Made by a program: the position numbers and the translations under genes | NCBI GenBank assembly: GCA_965203965.1 | Contig: CBDBDR010000017.1 | Span: 1,248,001 to 1,312,000 of the forward strand | Length of the DNA stretch: 64,000 nt | DNA from: Thermodesulfobacteriota bacterium | Lineage (GTDB): Bacteria > Desulfobacterota_D > UBA1144 > Nemesobacterales > JAJCZQ01 | Direction of reading: 5' to 3' | The notes under the pieces: model-generated | The model's input: the letters and a program-made list of their open reading frames with translations, nothing else | Told to the model about the DNA's origin: nothing | Databases searched by the model: none | Shown here: positions 41,423 to 52,782 of the stretch, piece after piece | Position numbering within the stretch: position 1 is the first letter of the stretch | Layout: every line of letters begins with the position of its first letter

Positions 41423-44167
41423 TCAATTCAGATATTTTTTCAGATACCTCGCAGTGTGAGATTTATCTGACTTTATCACTTTTTCAGGTGTTCCCTCGGC
41501 AACTATGCTGCCGCCATCTTTTCCACCACCCGGGCCCAGATCAATTATATGATCGGCAGAGCTTATTAAATCCAAGTTGTGCTCAATTACTATCACTGTA
41601 TTTCCATTTTCTATTAATTTATTTAATACGACAAGAAGTTTTGATACGTCTTCACTGTGGAGACCAACTGTTGGCTCATCAAGTATATAAATAATCCCCT
41701 TTCCAGATTTTCGCCCAAGTTCTTTTGCAATCTTGATCCTCTGTGCTTCACCTCCGGACAGGGTATCGGCAGATTGCCCCAGTCTTAAATAGCCAAGACC
41801 TACTTGCTGAAGAATGTTTAGCATGCGGATTATTCTTGAAGATTCTGCAAATAAAATCACCGATTCGTCAACTGTTAGGTTTAAAATTTCGTCAATACTT
41901 TTTCCTTTATACCTGTATTCCAACACTTCTTTTTTAAACCTTTTCCCTATACACTCTTCACACGTTACGACAACGTCAGCAAGAAAAAGCATATCTATTC
42001 TTAGTTTTCCCTCTCCCTTACATGCTTCGCACCTTCCGTTCTCAACATTAAAAGAAAAATGTGATGCAGTAAGTCCTTTGGCTTTTGCAGTGAGAGTATC
42101 TGACAGCACTTTTCGTATTGCATCATAGACTTTGATATAGGTTACAGGGTTTGATCTACCGGATCTGCCGATAGGAGACTGGTCAATCATTACTACGTCA
42201 GAAACGCTGCATAAACCGTTGATTTGATCGACTTTACCTGCTGTCTCTTTTTCATTTTTAAATTTTCTTGCCAAGTTTGAGTATATGACGTTATTAACAA
42301 GGGAGCTTTTCCCCGATCCAGATACACCAGTTACACAGGTAAAAGTCTGAAGGGGAATATCAACATCAATCTTTTTCAGATTGTTTTCCTCAGCTCCAAT
42401 GATACTTAAACAACCATTGTTGCCGTTTCTTCTCTTGCATGGTAGTTCAACTGAGTTTTTCTCGAGCAGATACTCTCTTGTGTAGGATTTGACTCCAGAT
42501 TGCAAGAATTTTTTTATAGTCCCCTGATAAACAACACGACCTCCATGCTCACCAGCTCCGGGACCCAGTTCAATAATACTGTCTGCCGCTCTAATCATTC
42601 CGTGGTCGTGCTCAATAATTAAAATGGTGTTGTTCCTTTTTTTTAGTTCTTCTATTGTTTTTACAAGCTGGCTAATGTCCCTTGGGTGTAAGCCGATTGA
42701 CGGTTCGTCCAAAACATAGAGCGTTTCAGTGAGCTTTGACCCGAGTTGGCAGGCTAAATTAACTCTTTGTGATTCTCCACCGGATAACGATCTGGTGATT
42801 CGTGAAAGAGTCAGATACTGTAATCCTACTTTAAGCAGGAATTCCGATCTGGTCATAATTTCCTTTAAAATATCACCTGAAATATCTCTATCTTCCCTGC
42901 TTAGTTTGGCATTTTTAATAAATCCATAAAATTCATCAATTGTCATTAAAGTAAGCTCATAGATATTTTTATCGTTGATTTTTGTCCATAGAGCCTTCTC
43001 ATTTAATCTGCTGCCCATACAGGTGCCGCATGTAAATGCCGATCTATATTTGCTCAAAAACACCCTGATGTGCATTTTATAATTTTTACTTTTAAGTTTT
43101 CTAAAAAATCCAATTATCCCGGGGTAATTTCCATTTCCATTGAAAATCAGATGTTTTTGTTGCTTGCTGAGTTGTGAGTAAGGAGTTCTAATGTCTATAT
43201 TGTTGTCCTCTGCAAATTTTACGAGCCTTCTTTGCTGAAATCTATATGAGGGTTTTGTAAAAGGTTCCACGACTCCCTCGGATATGCTGAGATCTGCGTT
43301 GGGAATGATAAGTTCAGGGTCGATCTCCAGCCTGTTTCCAAATCCATTACACTGTGTGCACGCTCCTCGGGGACTGTTAAACGAGAATAGTGTTGGGATT
43401 GGGTTCTGGAATTTTATATTGCACCTGCTGCATTCAAGTTTCTTTGTATACGTCAGTATTTCTGATCCGTCAATATGAACAAATAGTTTGTCGGATTCCA
43501 AAAAAGCCATTTCCATAGACTCTACAAGGCGAGGTATCAAGGATTTTTCAATTTTAAGTCTGTCTATAACGATCTCGGAGTCTTTGGGAAATTGCTTTAT
43601 CTCCTCCATATCGTGAAATTCATTTTTTGAGTAAAGTCTCGTGAATCCTTTGAATAGGTACGTATTGGGAGACGAGGGTTTGTCAACGGGTATCGTAATA
43701 ACGCATTTTGAGCCGTAATGAGATTTTACGATTTTATTCTTTATTGACTCTGGGGATTGAAAAGTAATTTTGTTACCGCATGAAGGGCAGTATAATTTGC
43801 CAATTTTTGCATACAGCAGCCTCAGAAAATCGTATATCTCTGTAGTGGTACCGACGGTGGATCTTGAATTTTTTACGCTGTTTCTGCTTTGAATAGCAAT
43901 TGCAGTGGGAAGTCCGTAAATGTCATCAACATCTGGTTTTTCTATCATTTCTAGGAACTGCCTTGCATAAGTTGAAAGACATTCAATATATCGTCTGAGT
44001 CCTTCTGAATAGATAGTATCAAGAGTGAGTGATGATTTGCCGGAACCACTGAGTCCAGTTACCACTGTGTATTTACCTCTTGGTATTTTTACATCAATAT
44101 TTTTCAGATTGTTCTCTTTTGCGCCGAGAACAGTTATAAACTCATTTTTGTTTGATCTTCCAGTCAT
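41423..44167 (-). CDS. uvrA: Excinuclease ABC subunit A
   Basis: Two [10 protein letters not shown] Walker A motifs, zinc fingers, LSGGE signatures. Confidence 0.93.
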   Translation of the reverse strand: MTGRSNKNEFITVLGAKENNLKNIDVKIPRGKYTVVTGLSGSGKSSLTLDTIYSEGLRRYIECLSTYARQFLEMIEKPDVDDIYGLPTAIAIQSRNSVKNSRSTVGTTTEIYDFLRLLYAKIGKLYCPSCGNKITFQSPESIKNKIVKSHYGSKCVITIPVDKPSSPNTYLFKGFTRLYSKNEFHDMEEIKQFPKDSEIVIDRLKIEKSLIPRLVESMEMAFLESDKLFVHIDGSEILTYTKKLECSRCNIKFQNPIPTLFSFNSPRGACTQCNGFGNRLEIDPELIIPNADLSISEGVVEPFTKPSYRFQQRRLVKFAEDNNIDIRTPYSQLSKQQKHLIFNGNGNYPGIIGFFRKLKSKNYKMHIRVFLSKYRSAFTCGTCMGSRLNEKALWTKINDKNIYELTLMTIDEFYGFIKNAKLSREDRDISGDILKEIMTRSEFLLKVGLQYLTLSRITRSLSGGESQRVNLACQLGSKLTETLYVLDEPSIGLHPRDISQLVKTIEELKKRNNTILIIEHDHGMIRAADSIIELGPGAGEHGGRVVYQGTIKKFLQSGVKSYTREYLLEKNSVELPCKRRNGNNGCLSIIGAEENNLKKIDVDIPLQTFTCVTGVSGSGKSSLVNNVIYSNLARKFKNEKETAGKVDQINGLCSVSDVVMIDQSPIGRSGRSNPVTYIKVYDAIRKVLSDTLTAKAKGLTASHFSFNVENGRCEACKGEGKLRIDMLFLADVVVTCEECIGKRFKKEVLEYRYKGKSIDEILNLTVDESVILFAESSRIIRMLNILQQVGLGYLRLGQSADTLSGGEAQRIKIAKELGRKSGKGIIYILDEPTVGLHSEDVSKLLVVLNKLIENGNTVIVIEHNLDLISSADHIIDLGPGGGKDGGSIVAEGTPEKVIKSDKSHTARYLKKYLN

Positions 44168-44186
44168 GACTAAATAGTCGTCCGGT

Positions 44187-44894
44187 CTATGATTGAAACT
44201 TTTCTAAAATATTTTTAAGTCTTGAAAACTGCTTTACTTCAATTTTCTCATAGTTTTCACACTTCCTGTGGTTAAGCCAGATAACGTCCATGTGAGAGCC
44301 AATACCTCCTAGTATATCGGCACCGTAAAGATCTCCAATGTGAACTGCCTTATCGGCTTCCGTTTCTAATCTGCTCAGAGTGTAGCTATAGATATTACTA
44401 TCCGGTTTTACCATTCCGACGTTGGTTGAATCAACAATGACCTCAAAATAGTCACTGATTCCTAAATCACGACATTTTTGGTATGTGAGTCCATCATTGT
44501 TTGATATTATGGCAAGCCTGAAATCTTTTGACCTTAAAGCGTCCAGTAGATCGCCTGCTTTATCCATTAACTCTCTCTTGAAATTTATTTGTTCCAATTG
44601 GGTATTGACGGTTCTTTCCAGATACTCGGGCGATGCCTCAATTTTCAACCTGTCTTTCAGAGTTTCATACAAAACTTTCTGGCTGATCTTTAAACTGATG
44701 GTGCCTTCCAACACATAATGTTTATAGATCAAATAATCTGCAAAATGATAGGCTTCAAAGAATTCTTTATCCGTAAATTCAAATCCTGATTTGCTCAGCG
44801 CCATCCTAATTCTGTCCGGGTATGTAGGAGTGGTTGAAGCCAATGTATCACCAAAATCAAACGTTATGATCTTTTTATCGTCCAAACTCATCAT
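44187..44894 (-). CDS. HAD-family hydrolase
   Basis: FDFGDTL, ISNND, KPD, HIGDLYGADI. Confidence 0.88.
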   Translation of the reverse strand: MMSLDDKKIITFDFGDTLASTTPTYPDRIRMALSKSGFEFTDKEFFEAYHFADYLIYKHYVLEGTISLKISQKVLYETLKDRLKIEASPEYLERTVNTQLEQINFKRELMDKAGDLLDALRSKDFRLAIISNNDGLTYQKCRDLGISDYFEVIVDSTNVGMVKPDSNIYSYTLSRLETEADKAVHIGDLYGADILGGIGSHMDVIWLNHRKCENYEKIEVKQFSRLKNILEKFQS

Positions 44895-45005
44895 CTCAAG
44901 TGAAAATATTTAATAATAAGTAATATTAGTCAACAACCAAGCAAATGGAGATTCTTGCTAACCTCTACGAATTAAGATACCTTTCACGTTTTGGAGGTGT
45001 TAATC

Positions 45006-46253
45006 ATGTCCGCATTGGATAGAGTTGATACGGAAGTCGCTGAAGCAATCAGATCGGAAATAGAAAGACAGGAATGGAAACTTGAGCTTATTGCATCCGA
45101 AAACTACGTTAGTGATGCGGTGTTGGAAGCTCTTGGAACGGTGCTTACGAATAAATATGCGGAAGGTTTGCCGGGGAAAAGGTATTATGGTGGATGTGAA
45201 TTTGTTGACGTTGTGGAAGATCTTACAAGGGAAAGAGCAAAGAAGCTGTTTGGTGCTGACGCTGTAAACGTGCAACCTCACTCCGGCGCACAGGCAAATA
45301 TGGCGGTATTTTTTGCTGCTGTTCAACCGGGAGAAACGGTAATGGGAATGGATTTGGCTCACGGGGGGCATCTAACTCATGGGAGCCCTGTGAATTTTTC
45401 GGGAAGATTATACAATGTTGTTTCCTATGGAGTTAGTGAAGACACCAATTTAATTGACTATGAAGAGGTCAGGAAATTAGCCTTAAAAAACAGTCCCAAG
45501 CTTATTATAGTGGGCTGGAGTGCCTATCCGAGGGATATTGATTTTTCAAAATTTCGCAAAATTGCCGATGAGTGTGGAGCTTTGCTGATGGCAGATATTG
45601 CCCATCCTTCGGGGTTGGTCGTAGCAGGGCTGTATTCAGACCCAGTTCCTTACTGTGATTTTGTTACAACCACGACTCATAAAACACTTCGCGGTCCCCG
45701 TGGCGGAATGATTATGATGAAGCGAGAGCATGCAAAGGTAGTAAATAGCAGGGTTTTTCCAGGAACACAAGGAGGTCCTCTGATGCATGTAATAGCTGCA
45801 AAGGCCGTAGCTTTTAAGGAGGCATTAACCCCTGAGTTCACAGACTATCAGAAGCAAGTTGTGAGAAATGCAAAACAACTGGGAGAGAGGTTAAAGGCGA
45901 ATGGTTTTAAGTTGGTTTCTGGAGGTACCGACAACCACCTTGTATTGCTCGATCTGAGGGAAATGGATATAACGGGAAAATTGGCTGAAGAAGTTCTGGA
46001 AAAAGCAGGAATAACGGTGAACAAAAATGCGATACCATTTGATCCGAGACCACCTGCTGTTACAAGTGGGATCAGGCTCGGTACGGCTGCTGTAACAACA
46101 CGCGGAATGAGTGAAACAGAAATGGATCAGATAGCTGTGTGGATTACGCGGGTATTTGAAAACAATGACAATGAAACTCTACTGAACGGGATAAAAGATG
46201 AAGTTAGGGAGTTGTGCAACAACTTCCCAATTTACAGTCATAAATTGGTTTAA
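45006..46253 (+). CDS. glyA: Serine hydroxymethyltransferase
   Basis: [25 protein letters not shown]. Confidence 0.98.
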   Translation: MSALDRVDTEVAEAIRSEIERQEWKLELIASENYVSDAVLEALGTVLTNKYAEGLPGKRYYGGCEFVDVVEDLTRERAKKLFGADAVNVQPHSGAQANMAVFFAAVQPGETVMGMDLAHGGHLTHGSPVNFSGRLYNVVSYGVSEDTNLIDYEEVRKLALKNSPKLIIVGWSAYPRDIDFSKFRKIADECGALLMADIAHPSGLVVAGLYSDPVPYCDFVTTTTHKTLRGPRGGMIMMKREHAKVVNSRVFPGTQGGPLMHVIAAKAVAFKEALTPEFTDYQKQVVRNAKQLGERLKANGFKLVSGGTDNHLVLLDLREMDITGKLAEEVLEKAGITVNKNAIPFDPRPPAVTSGIRLGTAAVTTRGMSETEMDQIAVWITRVFENNDNETLLNGIKDEVRELCNNFPIYSHKLV

Positions 46254-46255
46254 CA

Positions 46256-46717
46256 ATGAAATGTCCATACTGTGCGTGTTCGGATATCAAAGTTATTGAT
46301 TCAAGAAACGGTAAAGATGGGAGTTCAATTCGCAGGCGTAGAAAGTGCCTAAAGTGTAACATAAGGTTCACAACTTATGAGAGGATAGAGGAATTGAATC
46401 TTGTGATTGTAAAAAAAGACGGGAGACGTGAACCGTTTGATAGGAGGAAGGTCATAGAAGGACTTGAAAAAGCGTGTGAAAAAAGACCTATCAGTGTAGA
46501 AGTCATTGAAAATCTGGTTACAGATATAGAAAGAGAGCTTCAGGAACGAGGGGAGAGAGAAGTGGAGAGTAAAGAGATTGGGGAAAGGATGGTTGCCAAA
46601 CTATACGACATTGATGAAGTTGCCTACGTCAGATTTGCTTCTGTTTACAGGTCTTTTAAGGATGTTAATCAGTTCATGGATGAGCTTAGGGATCTACTGA
46701 AGGAAAAGAATAATTGA
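46256..46717 (+). CDS. nrdR: Transcriptional repressor NrdR
   Basis: MKCPYC...DSR...RRRRKC, ATP cone, AYVRFASVY. Confidence 0.97.
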   Translation: MKCPYCACSDIKVIDSRNGKDGSSIRRRRKCLKCNIRFTTYERIEELNLVIVKKDGRREPFDRRKVIEGLEKACEKRPISVEVIENLVTDIERELQERGEREVESKEIGERMVAKLYDIDEVAYVRFASVYRSFKDVNQFMDELRDLLKEKNN

Positions 46718-46733
46718 TATACACAATCTCAGA

Positions 46734-47504
46734 ATGCTTATAGATACCCATGCCCATTTATCTTCCCTTGAAGATGTAGACGGTGCCGTAGCCAGAGCAT
46801 CTGGGCATGGGGTAGATATGATCATATCGGTGTCCACTGAAATTGATTCATGTTATAAAACCGTTGAAATAGCCGACAGACATGGGTTGGTTTTTGCAGC
46901 GGTGGGAATTCATCCTCACTCTGCTTCCAGCTACACTGAAGAAATTTTTTCAAAGATTGAAGCCCTTACTTCATGCGAAAAAGTCGTGGCTGTTGGTGAA
47001 ACAGGTTTGGATTATCACTATATGAACTCACCAAAAGATATACAAATTGAATCGTTTCAAGCTCATATAGATATGGCAACAAGGCTCAGTATGTCTTTTA
47101 TAGTTCATGTTAGGGAAGCGGATGAAGATATGATTGGTATTCTGAGACGCAGCAATCTGCGAGAAAAGCCGGGTGTGATCCATTGCTTTTCTGGTAATTA
47201 TGAGATAGCCAAAAAATATCTCGATTTGGATTTTTTCATATCTTTTTCCGGTATTGTTACTTTTAATCGTGCCGCAGAGGTCAGGGAAGTGGCAAGGAAA
47301 ATTCCATTCGACAGGATATTGATTGAAACCGATTCTCCTTATCTTGCTCCCGTTCCGTTGAGAGGAAGGAAGAATGAACCTGCCAACGTCAAATACGTTG
47401 CACAAGTGGTTGCAGAAGTTAGAGATGTTGACATGGAAACATTGCAGGACCAGCTTGTAGAAAATACCCTGGAGCTTTTTCCAAAGATCAATCAAAGTTT
47501 ATAA
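46734..47504 (+). CDS. tatD: TatD-family hydrolase
   Basis: IDTHAHL, GETGLDY, ETDSPYL. Confidence 0.93.
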   Translation: MLIDTHAHLSSLEDVDGAVARASGHGVDMIISVSTEIDSCYKTVEIADRHGLVFAAVGIHPHSASSYTEEIFSKIEALTSCEKVVAVGETGLDYHYMNSPKDIQIESFQAHIDMATRLSMSFIVHVREADEDMIGILRRSNLREKPGVIHCFSGNYEIAKKYLDLDFFISFSGIVTFNRAAEVREVARKIPFDRILIETDSPYLAPVPLRGRKNEPANVKYVAQVVAEVRDVDMETLQDQLVENTLELFPKINQSL

Positions 47505-47513
47505 CTTTTCACA

Positions 47514-48461
47514 ATGCCTCGTAAACCCAAAATCGGGATAACAATGGGAGACCCAAACGGAGTCGGTCCTGAAATTGTATTAAAATCGATCAATGATCCC
47601 TTTGTTGAAAATTCGTGTGAATTCCTGATCTACGGTTCTGAAAAGATCATGAAAAAAGCCATGCTCAAAACTGGTCTTACTATTGAGTGTGAGATGGCTT
47701 ACGAGAACAAATTTAATGATTTTGATATAGAACCGGGCATGCATAGAAAACAGTCAGGGAAGGCGAGTTTGTTTTACATTGAGCGGGTGGTTAAAGATGC
47801 CATGAGTAAGAAGATAGACGCAGTTGTTACAGCTCCTATCAGCAAGGAATCTATCCATCTTGCTGGATCAGCCTATCCCGGTCATACCGAGATGCTAAAA
47901 GATCTGACGGGAGTGAATGACGCCGTAATGCTTTTTGACGGGGGACCATTCAAAGTTGCTCTGGTGACTATTCACGTTGCACTGTCCGAAGTGCCTTATC
48001 TGATAACTGAAGAGAAAGTGAGGAAAACCATAAGGATTTGCAATCGAGAATTAAAGCAGAAGTTCAATATTTCTGCCCCGAGGATTGCCGTTTGTGGACT
48101 TAATCCCCATGCGGGTGAAGCTGGGGTTTTTGGAAATGAAGAGATAAGTGAGATAAAGCCCGCGGTTAATTCAGCCAAAGAAGAGGGTATTGACGTTGAA
48201 GGTCCTTTACCGGCGGATACTTTGTTTTATTATGCAAATAGAGGGATGTATGATCTGGTTATTGCAATGTATCACGATCAGGGACTTGTTCCTTTTAAGA
48301 TGCTTGCTTTTGATTTGGGTGTGAACGTTACTCTGGGACTTCCAATTATTCGCACGTCCCCAGATCACGGGACAGCTTTTGATATTGCTTGGAAGGGTAT
48401 TGCCAAACCTAGCAGTATGATAAATGCTATACGGCTTGCAGCAAAGATGGTGGGAAGTTGA
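47514..48461 (+). CDS. pdxA: 4-hydroxythreonine-4-phosphate dehydrogenase
   Basis: GDPNGVGPE, GHTE, NPHAGE, MYHDQG, RTSPDHGTA. Confidence 0.95.
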   Translation: MPRKPKIGITMGDPNGVGPEIVLKSINDPFVENSCEFLIYGSEKIMKKAMLKTGLTIECEMAYENKFNDFDIEPGMHRKQSGKASLFYIERVVKDAMSKKIDAVVTAPISKESIHLAGSAYPGHTEMLKDLTGVNDAVMLFDGGPFKVALVTIHVALSEVPYLITEEKVRKTIRICNRELKQKFNISAPRIAVCGLNPHAGEAGVFGNEEISEIKPAVNSAKEEGIDVEGPLPADTLFYYANRGMYDLVIAMYHDQGLVPFKMLAFDLGVNVTLGLPIIRTSPDHGTAFDIAWKGIAKPSSMINAIRLAAKMVGS

Positions 48462-48563
48462 CGAGGTAGGAGAGGTTAATTTTAATTATTGACTTTTTTA
48501 TTACATGAGTTTGAAATAGCTAAACTTGAAATTACACGTCAAGTGTAGTTATATAAACTGTCT

Positions 48564-48650
48564 GTGGTAACTAAAGAAGAATTTAAAAAGCAGCTCAATG
48601 AATTAGTTAGCGGTTTTCAAGAACACGTTAGCATCGATGACGGTCAGTGG
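48564..48650 (+). pseudogene. Possible N-terminal relic of an EcoRV-family restriction endonuclease
   Basis: GTG-started VVTKEEFKKQLNELVSGFQEHVSIDDGQW; the resemblance ends where the frame runs into the cobB 3' end. Confidence 0.4.
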
Positions 48651-48662
48651 TTTTACTATCTT

Positions 48663-49412
48663 CTAATTATAAGTTCCGCTTACATCATACAAAAGAGGCA
48701 GTATCTCTCCTGATTTGGCTTGTATAGAAACATCGTAAATTCTACTGTTAGGTGTTTCATCCAGATTTATTTCTATAACTTTCTTATCAGACTGCTTGGC
48801 GAGTAAACCCATTGACGCAGCTGGTTCTACAATTCCTGACGTTCCGATGATCAACATCAACTCGGATTCCTCAATTGACAAAAGGGCAGAATCAATCGTT
48901 TGCACGGGTATGTTTTCTCCAAACCATACTATGTTAGGTCTTAATATACCTGCGCATTTTTCACATTTAGGTGGTATCTCTGGCAGTGGAACTTCATAAT
49001 TTCTACTCGTTATTCTGCATTTTTCACATCTTGTTTCCCATATATTTCCGTGAATCTCAATCACATTTTGACTTCCTGCCACTCTGTGGAGACCATCAAT
49101 ATTCTGTGTTATCAAGGTAAATTTTTCCTTATGCCTTTCAATTTTGGCAAGGGCAAAATGTCCTTGATTTGGTTCGGCTTTGTCAATTATCTCACGTCTG
49201 CCATCATACCATTTCCATACAGACCCGGGGTCGTTTCTAAAAGCCTTTGATGTTGCAACGTCCATGGGGTTCACATCGTTCCAAGTTCCATCGTTTCCCC
49301 TGAATATGGGTATGCCGCTTTCGGCAGACATTCCCGCTCCCGTAAGGACGGTGATACCATCGGAGTCCTCTATCATTTCCTTTGCCTTCAGTATTAGTTC
49401 ATTTTGAGACAT
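48663..49412 (-). CDS. cobB: NAD-dependent deacylase (sirtuin)
   Basis: GAGMSAESGIP, TQNIDGLH, HG, zinc CxxC pairs, GTS. Confidence 0.95.
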   Translation of the reverse strand: MSQNELILKAKEMIEDSDGITVLTGAGMSAESGIPIFRGNDGTWNDVNPMDVATSKAFRNDPGSVWKWYDGRREIIDKAEPNQGHFALAKIERHKEKFTLITQNIDGLHRVAGSQNVIEIHGNIWETRCEKCRITSRNYEVPLPEIPPKCEKCAGILRPNIVWFGENIPVQTIDSALLSIEESELMLIIGTSGIVEPAASMGLLAKQSDKKVIEINLDETPNSRIYDVSIQAKSGEILPLLYDVSGTYN

Positions 49413-49528
49413 TGTATAATGTTTTAATACGATAATTCATTTGTCAAAATGGTTAATTCTCTCCAACTTCAAAAGCTATTAATCACATTGTCTGCTTTCT
49501 TGACAATTAACACTTCATATTTAACATT

Positions 49529-49891
49529 ATGCCTGTGCCAGTAGATTATATACCCGTTTTACTTATAATTATTATTTCTATTTCTTTGGCTTCTATACTC
49601 TTGACCTTATCTTATTTTCTGGGTCCCAAGCGATACAAAAAAAGTAAGCTGACCCCTTACGAATCGGGCATAGAACCCATAGGGGACGCGAGGGAAAAAT
49701 TCTCGCTCAAATATTATTTAATAGGTGCTCTTTTTATACTCTTTGACGTGGAAGCTATGTTTTTGTTTGTCTGGGCGGTAGTTTTTAGAGATATTGGAAT
49801 CCTTGCATTTGTTGAAATAGTGGCATTTCTAATTGTTATACTGGCTGGATATTTTTACGTCTTAAACAAGGGAGTTTTTGAGTGGGATTAA
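49529..49891 (+). CDS. nuoA: NADH-quinone oxidoreductase subunit A
   Basis: PYESG, FILFDVE, terminal EWD. Confidence 0.95.
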   Translation: MPVPVDYIPVLLIIIISISLASILLTLSYFLGPKRYKKSKLTPYESGIEPIGDAREKFSLKYYLIGALFILFDVEAMFLFVWAVVFRDIGILAFVEIVAFLIVILAGYFYVLNKGVFEWD

Positions 49892-50367
49892 ACGCCAGTT
49901 CACTACTTGGAGGGGAAGGTTTTCTCACCACAAAAATTTCCACGCTTGCAAACTGGGGCAGGAAAAATAGTTTGTGGCCCATGCCATTTGGAACTGCCTG
50001 CTGTGCTATTGAGATGATGGGAGTGTTTTCATCAAGATTTGATCTTTCAAGGTTTGGAGCCGAGGTGGCGAGATTTTCACCAAGGCAAGCCGATCTGATG
50101 ATAGTTTCGGGAACTATCACATATAAGATGGCATCGGTGTGTAGGAAGATATATGACCAGATGCCGGAGCCTAAGTGGGTGATCGCAATGGGTTCGTGCA
50201 CCTGTGGAGGAGGTCCATTTGACAGCTATGCAGTTGTTCAGGGCATTGATGAATTTCTCCCAGTTGATGTTTACGTGGGAGGATGTCCCCCGAGACCTGA
50301 AGCGTTGATTGACGCAGTGATGAAGATACAAAAAAAGATTGAAATTGAAGGTGCGCCGATAGTATGA
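49882..50367 (+). CDS. nuoB: NADH-quinone oxidoreductase subunit B
   Basis: ACCAIEM, SPRQADL, GCPPRPE. Confidence 0.97.
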   Translation: MGLNASSLLGGEGFLTTKISTLANWGRKNSLWPMPFGTACCAIEMMGVFSSRFDLSRFGAEVARFSPRQADLMIVSGTITYKMASVCRKIYDQMPEPKWVIAMGSCTCGGGPFDSYAVVQGIDEFLPVDVYVGGCPPRPEALIDAVMKIQKKIEIEGAPIV

Positions 50368-50885
50368 ACGACGTTCCTGATATATACGACGAGATCAACA
50401 ACAGGCTCGCTTCTTATATTCTATCTTCATCAAACTTCAGAGGTGAAACAACTTTTTGTGTTGATCCTTTAAATATCTTAAATGTGCTTGGTATTCTGAA
50501 AAATGAGTTTGGTTTTAACTATCTTGCAGACTTGACCGCGGTGGACTATATGGGAATCAAGTCACCGAGATTTGAAGTTGTTTATTACCTTCACAGGTTT
50601 GGAAAAGATTATGAGGACAACACTCGTATCAGGATCAAAGCCGCTATTGCAGATGATAGCTATACGACTATAGACTCCGCAACCTGTATTTGGAAAGGTG
50701 CCAACTGGCTTGAAAGAGAAGTTTACGACATGTTTGGAATTGTTTTTAATAACCACCCTGATTTGAGAAGGATACTGATGCCGGAAGACTACGATGAATT
50801 TCCCCTGAGAAAAGATTTTGACGTGAGAAATAGGAAACCTTCCGTTAAGTCTTTCAAGAAAGCTCTGGAAGAGGGGAATTTTTAA
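50364..50885 (+). CDS. nuoC: NADH-quinone oxidoreductase subunit C
   Basis: [27 protein letters not shown]. Confidence 0.95.
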   Translation: MNDVPDIYDEINNRLASYILSSSNFRGETTFCVDPLNILNVLGILKNEFGFNYLADLTAVDYMGIKSPRFEVVYYLHRFGKDYEDNTRIRIKAAIADDSYTTIDSATCIWKGANWLEREVYDMFGIVFNNHPDLRRILMPEDYDEFPLRKDFDVRNRKPSVKSFKKALEEGNF

Positions 50886-52109
50886 ATGGAAAGAGTCCAA
50901 CTTATCACTGAACAGCAAGAAGCTGACCCCGACTTAAAGCAAAATACCATGATCCTAAATATGGGTCCCCAGCACCCTGCTACTCACGGTGTTTTGAGGA
51001 TAGTTCTTTATATTGATGGTGAAGTAGTTCAGAAAGCTGTTCCATACGTGGGTTACCTGCACAGGGGAATAGAAAAACTTTGTGAGCATATAACTTATCA
51101 ACAGTGTCTTCCCTACACCGACCGTATGGACTACGTTGCCTCTATATGTAACAACATAGGTTTTATTTTGTCTGTTGAAAAGCTATTGGGTATTGAAGAC
51201 GAAATACCCCAGAGAGCAAAGGTTGCCGAAGTCATACTGTCCGAACTTGGAAGAATTGAATCCCACCTTATAGGTATTGGAACAAACGCAATGGACATGG
51301 GAGCAATGAGTGCTTTTCTTTTTTGCTTTAAAGAGCGAGAAAGAATATATGACATTCTGGAGATTGTGTGTGGAGCCAGATTGACAACTTCGTATCCAAG
51401 AGTTGGAGGTTTGCCTGCCGACTTGCCGGATGATTTTGTACCCGCGGTTGGTAACTTCCTCAAGGTTTTTCCAAAGACATTGAACGAAGTTGACAAGCTA
51501 CTGACAAGAAACAAAATATGGATAGAACGAACAAAGGGCGTTGCGTATATCAATGCCGAAGACGCCATTGATCTCGGGTTGACGGGACCGGCTTTGAGGG
51601 GAAGTGGGGTGCCTTTTGATCTAAGAAAATCCTGCCCATATCTGGATTATCAAAACTACGATTTTGATATACCAGTTGCAAATGATGGTGACGCGTATTC
51701 AAGATACCTTTGTCGTATGGAAGAAATGAGGCAAAGTCTCAGGATCATTGAACAGGCTGTCAATAATCTGCCCGATGGTCCATACATAGCCGATCTACCC
51801 GACATAGTGCTTCCCGAAAAGCAAAAGGTTTATACCCAGATGGAATCCCTCATAAGACATTTTGTTATTGTCTATGAAGGTTTTAAAGTCCCCAACGGAG
51901 AGATATACCATGCAGTTGAAAATCCGAAAGGAGAACTTGGGTATTACATTGTGAGCGATGGATCAGGAAAACCATACAGGATACATGTGCGGGGACCGTC
52001 GTTTGTTAATTTACAAGCTCTTCCGATTATGGTAAAGGGAAGGTTGATAGCAGATGTTATAGCGGCGGTCGGAAGTATTGATATTGTGCTTGGGGAAGTT
52101 GACAGGTAG
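50886..52109 (+). CDS. nuoD: NADH-quinone oxidoreductase subunit D
   Basis: GPQHPATHGVLR, GYLHRGIEK, terminal GEVDR. Confidence 0.97.
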   Translation: MERVQLITEQQEADPDLKQNTMILNMGPQHPATHGVLRIVLYIDGEVVQKAVPYVGYLHRGIEKLCEHITYQQCLPYTDRMDYVASICNNIGFILSVEKLLGIEDEIPQRAKVAEVILSELGRIESHLIGIGTNAMDMGAMSAFLFCFKERERIYDILEIVCGARLTTSYPRVGGLPADLPDDFVPAVGNFLKVFPKTLNEVDKLLTRNKIWIERTKGVAYINAEDAIDLGLTGPALRGSGVPFDLRKSCPYLDYQNYDFDIPVANDGDAYSRYLCRMEEMRQSLRIIEQAVNNLPDGPYIADLPDIVLPEKQKVYTQMESLIRHFVIVYEGFKVPNGEIYHAVENPKGELGYYIVSDGSGKPYRIHVRGPSFVNLQALPIMVKGRLIADVIAAVGSIDIVLGEVDR

Positions 52110-52191
52110 TTCCCTCAGCGGTTTACCCGTGACTATGGATTGAGACAGGTTGTAGTCAAGTTCATATTGTGTGTTACATTAAACAGAGTTT

Positions 52192-52782
52192 ATGACTATA
52201 AATATAAAAAAGATCAGTCAGCCAAAGCTCAATATTTTTGAAAAGATGTATTTGCCGCAAATATGGGGTGGTATGTGGATAACTTTGAAGCATCTTTTAG
52301 GCTTTAATCCGATTACGGTTCAATACCCTGAAGAGGTAAAAGAGCTTCCCGAAAACTACCGTGGACTTCACGTTATGCCGGGCGACGACAATGGTGAGAT
52401 CAGGTGCGTAGCCTGTAAGCTATGTGAAGTTGCATGTCCAACACAAGCGATATCAATTGTTGCAGAAGCTGCGGATAGTTATGGTGTTGAAAGAAGACCA
52501 AAGGTATATAACATAGATTTTATGCGGTGTGTCTTCTGCGGTTTTTGTGTTGAAGCCTGTCCTTGTGATGCGTTGAGAATGGGTATGAAGTATGAACTTG
52601 CAGCATACAGCAGGGCAGGGCTGGTGCATACTAAAGAAGTTTTCTTTACACCTGACGTTAAAAGCAATGCACCGAGGGATAATGCAAATTACCTCTACGA
52701 GATGCAAAAGGGTGATATCCTTGACAATTTTGATGTTGTGGAGGAAGTTCAAAAATTGGATGGCAAGTATCTACCCAAGTGA
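52192..52782 (+). CDS. nuoI: NADH-quinone oxidoreductase subunit I
   Basis: TVQYPEE; two CxxCxxCxxxCP motifs. Confidence 0.93.
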   Translation: MTINIKKISQPKLNIFEKMYLPQIWGGMWITLKHLLGFNPITVQYPEEVKELPENYRGLHVMPGDDNGEIRCVACKLCEVACPTQAISIVAEAADSYGVERRPKVYNIDFMRCVFCGFCVEACPCDALRMGMKYELAAYSRAGLVHTKEVFFTPDVKSNAPRDNANYLYEMQKGDILDNFDVVEEVQKLDGKYLPK

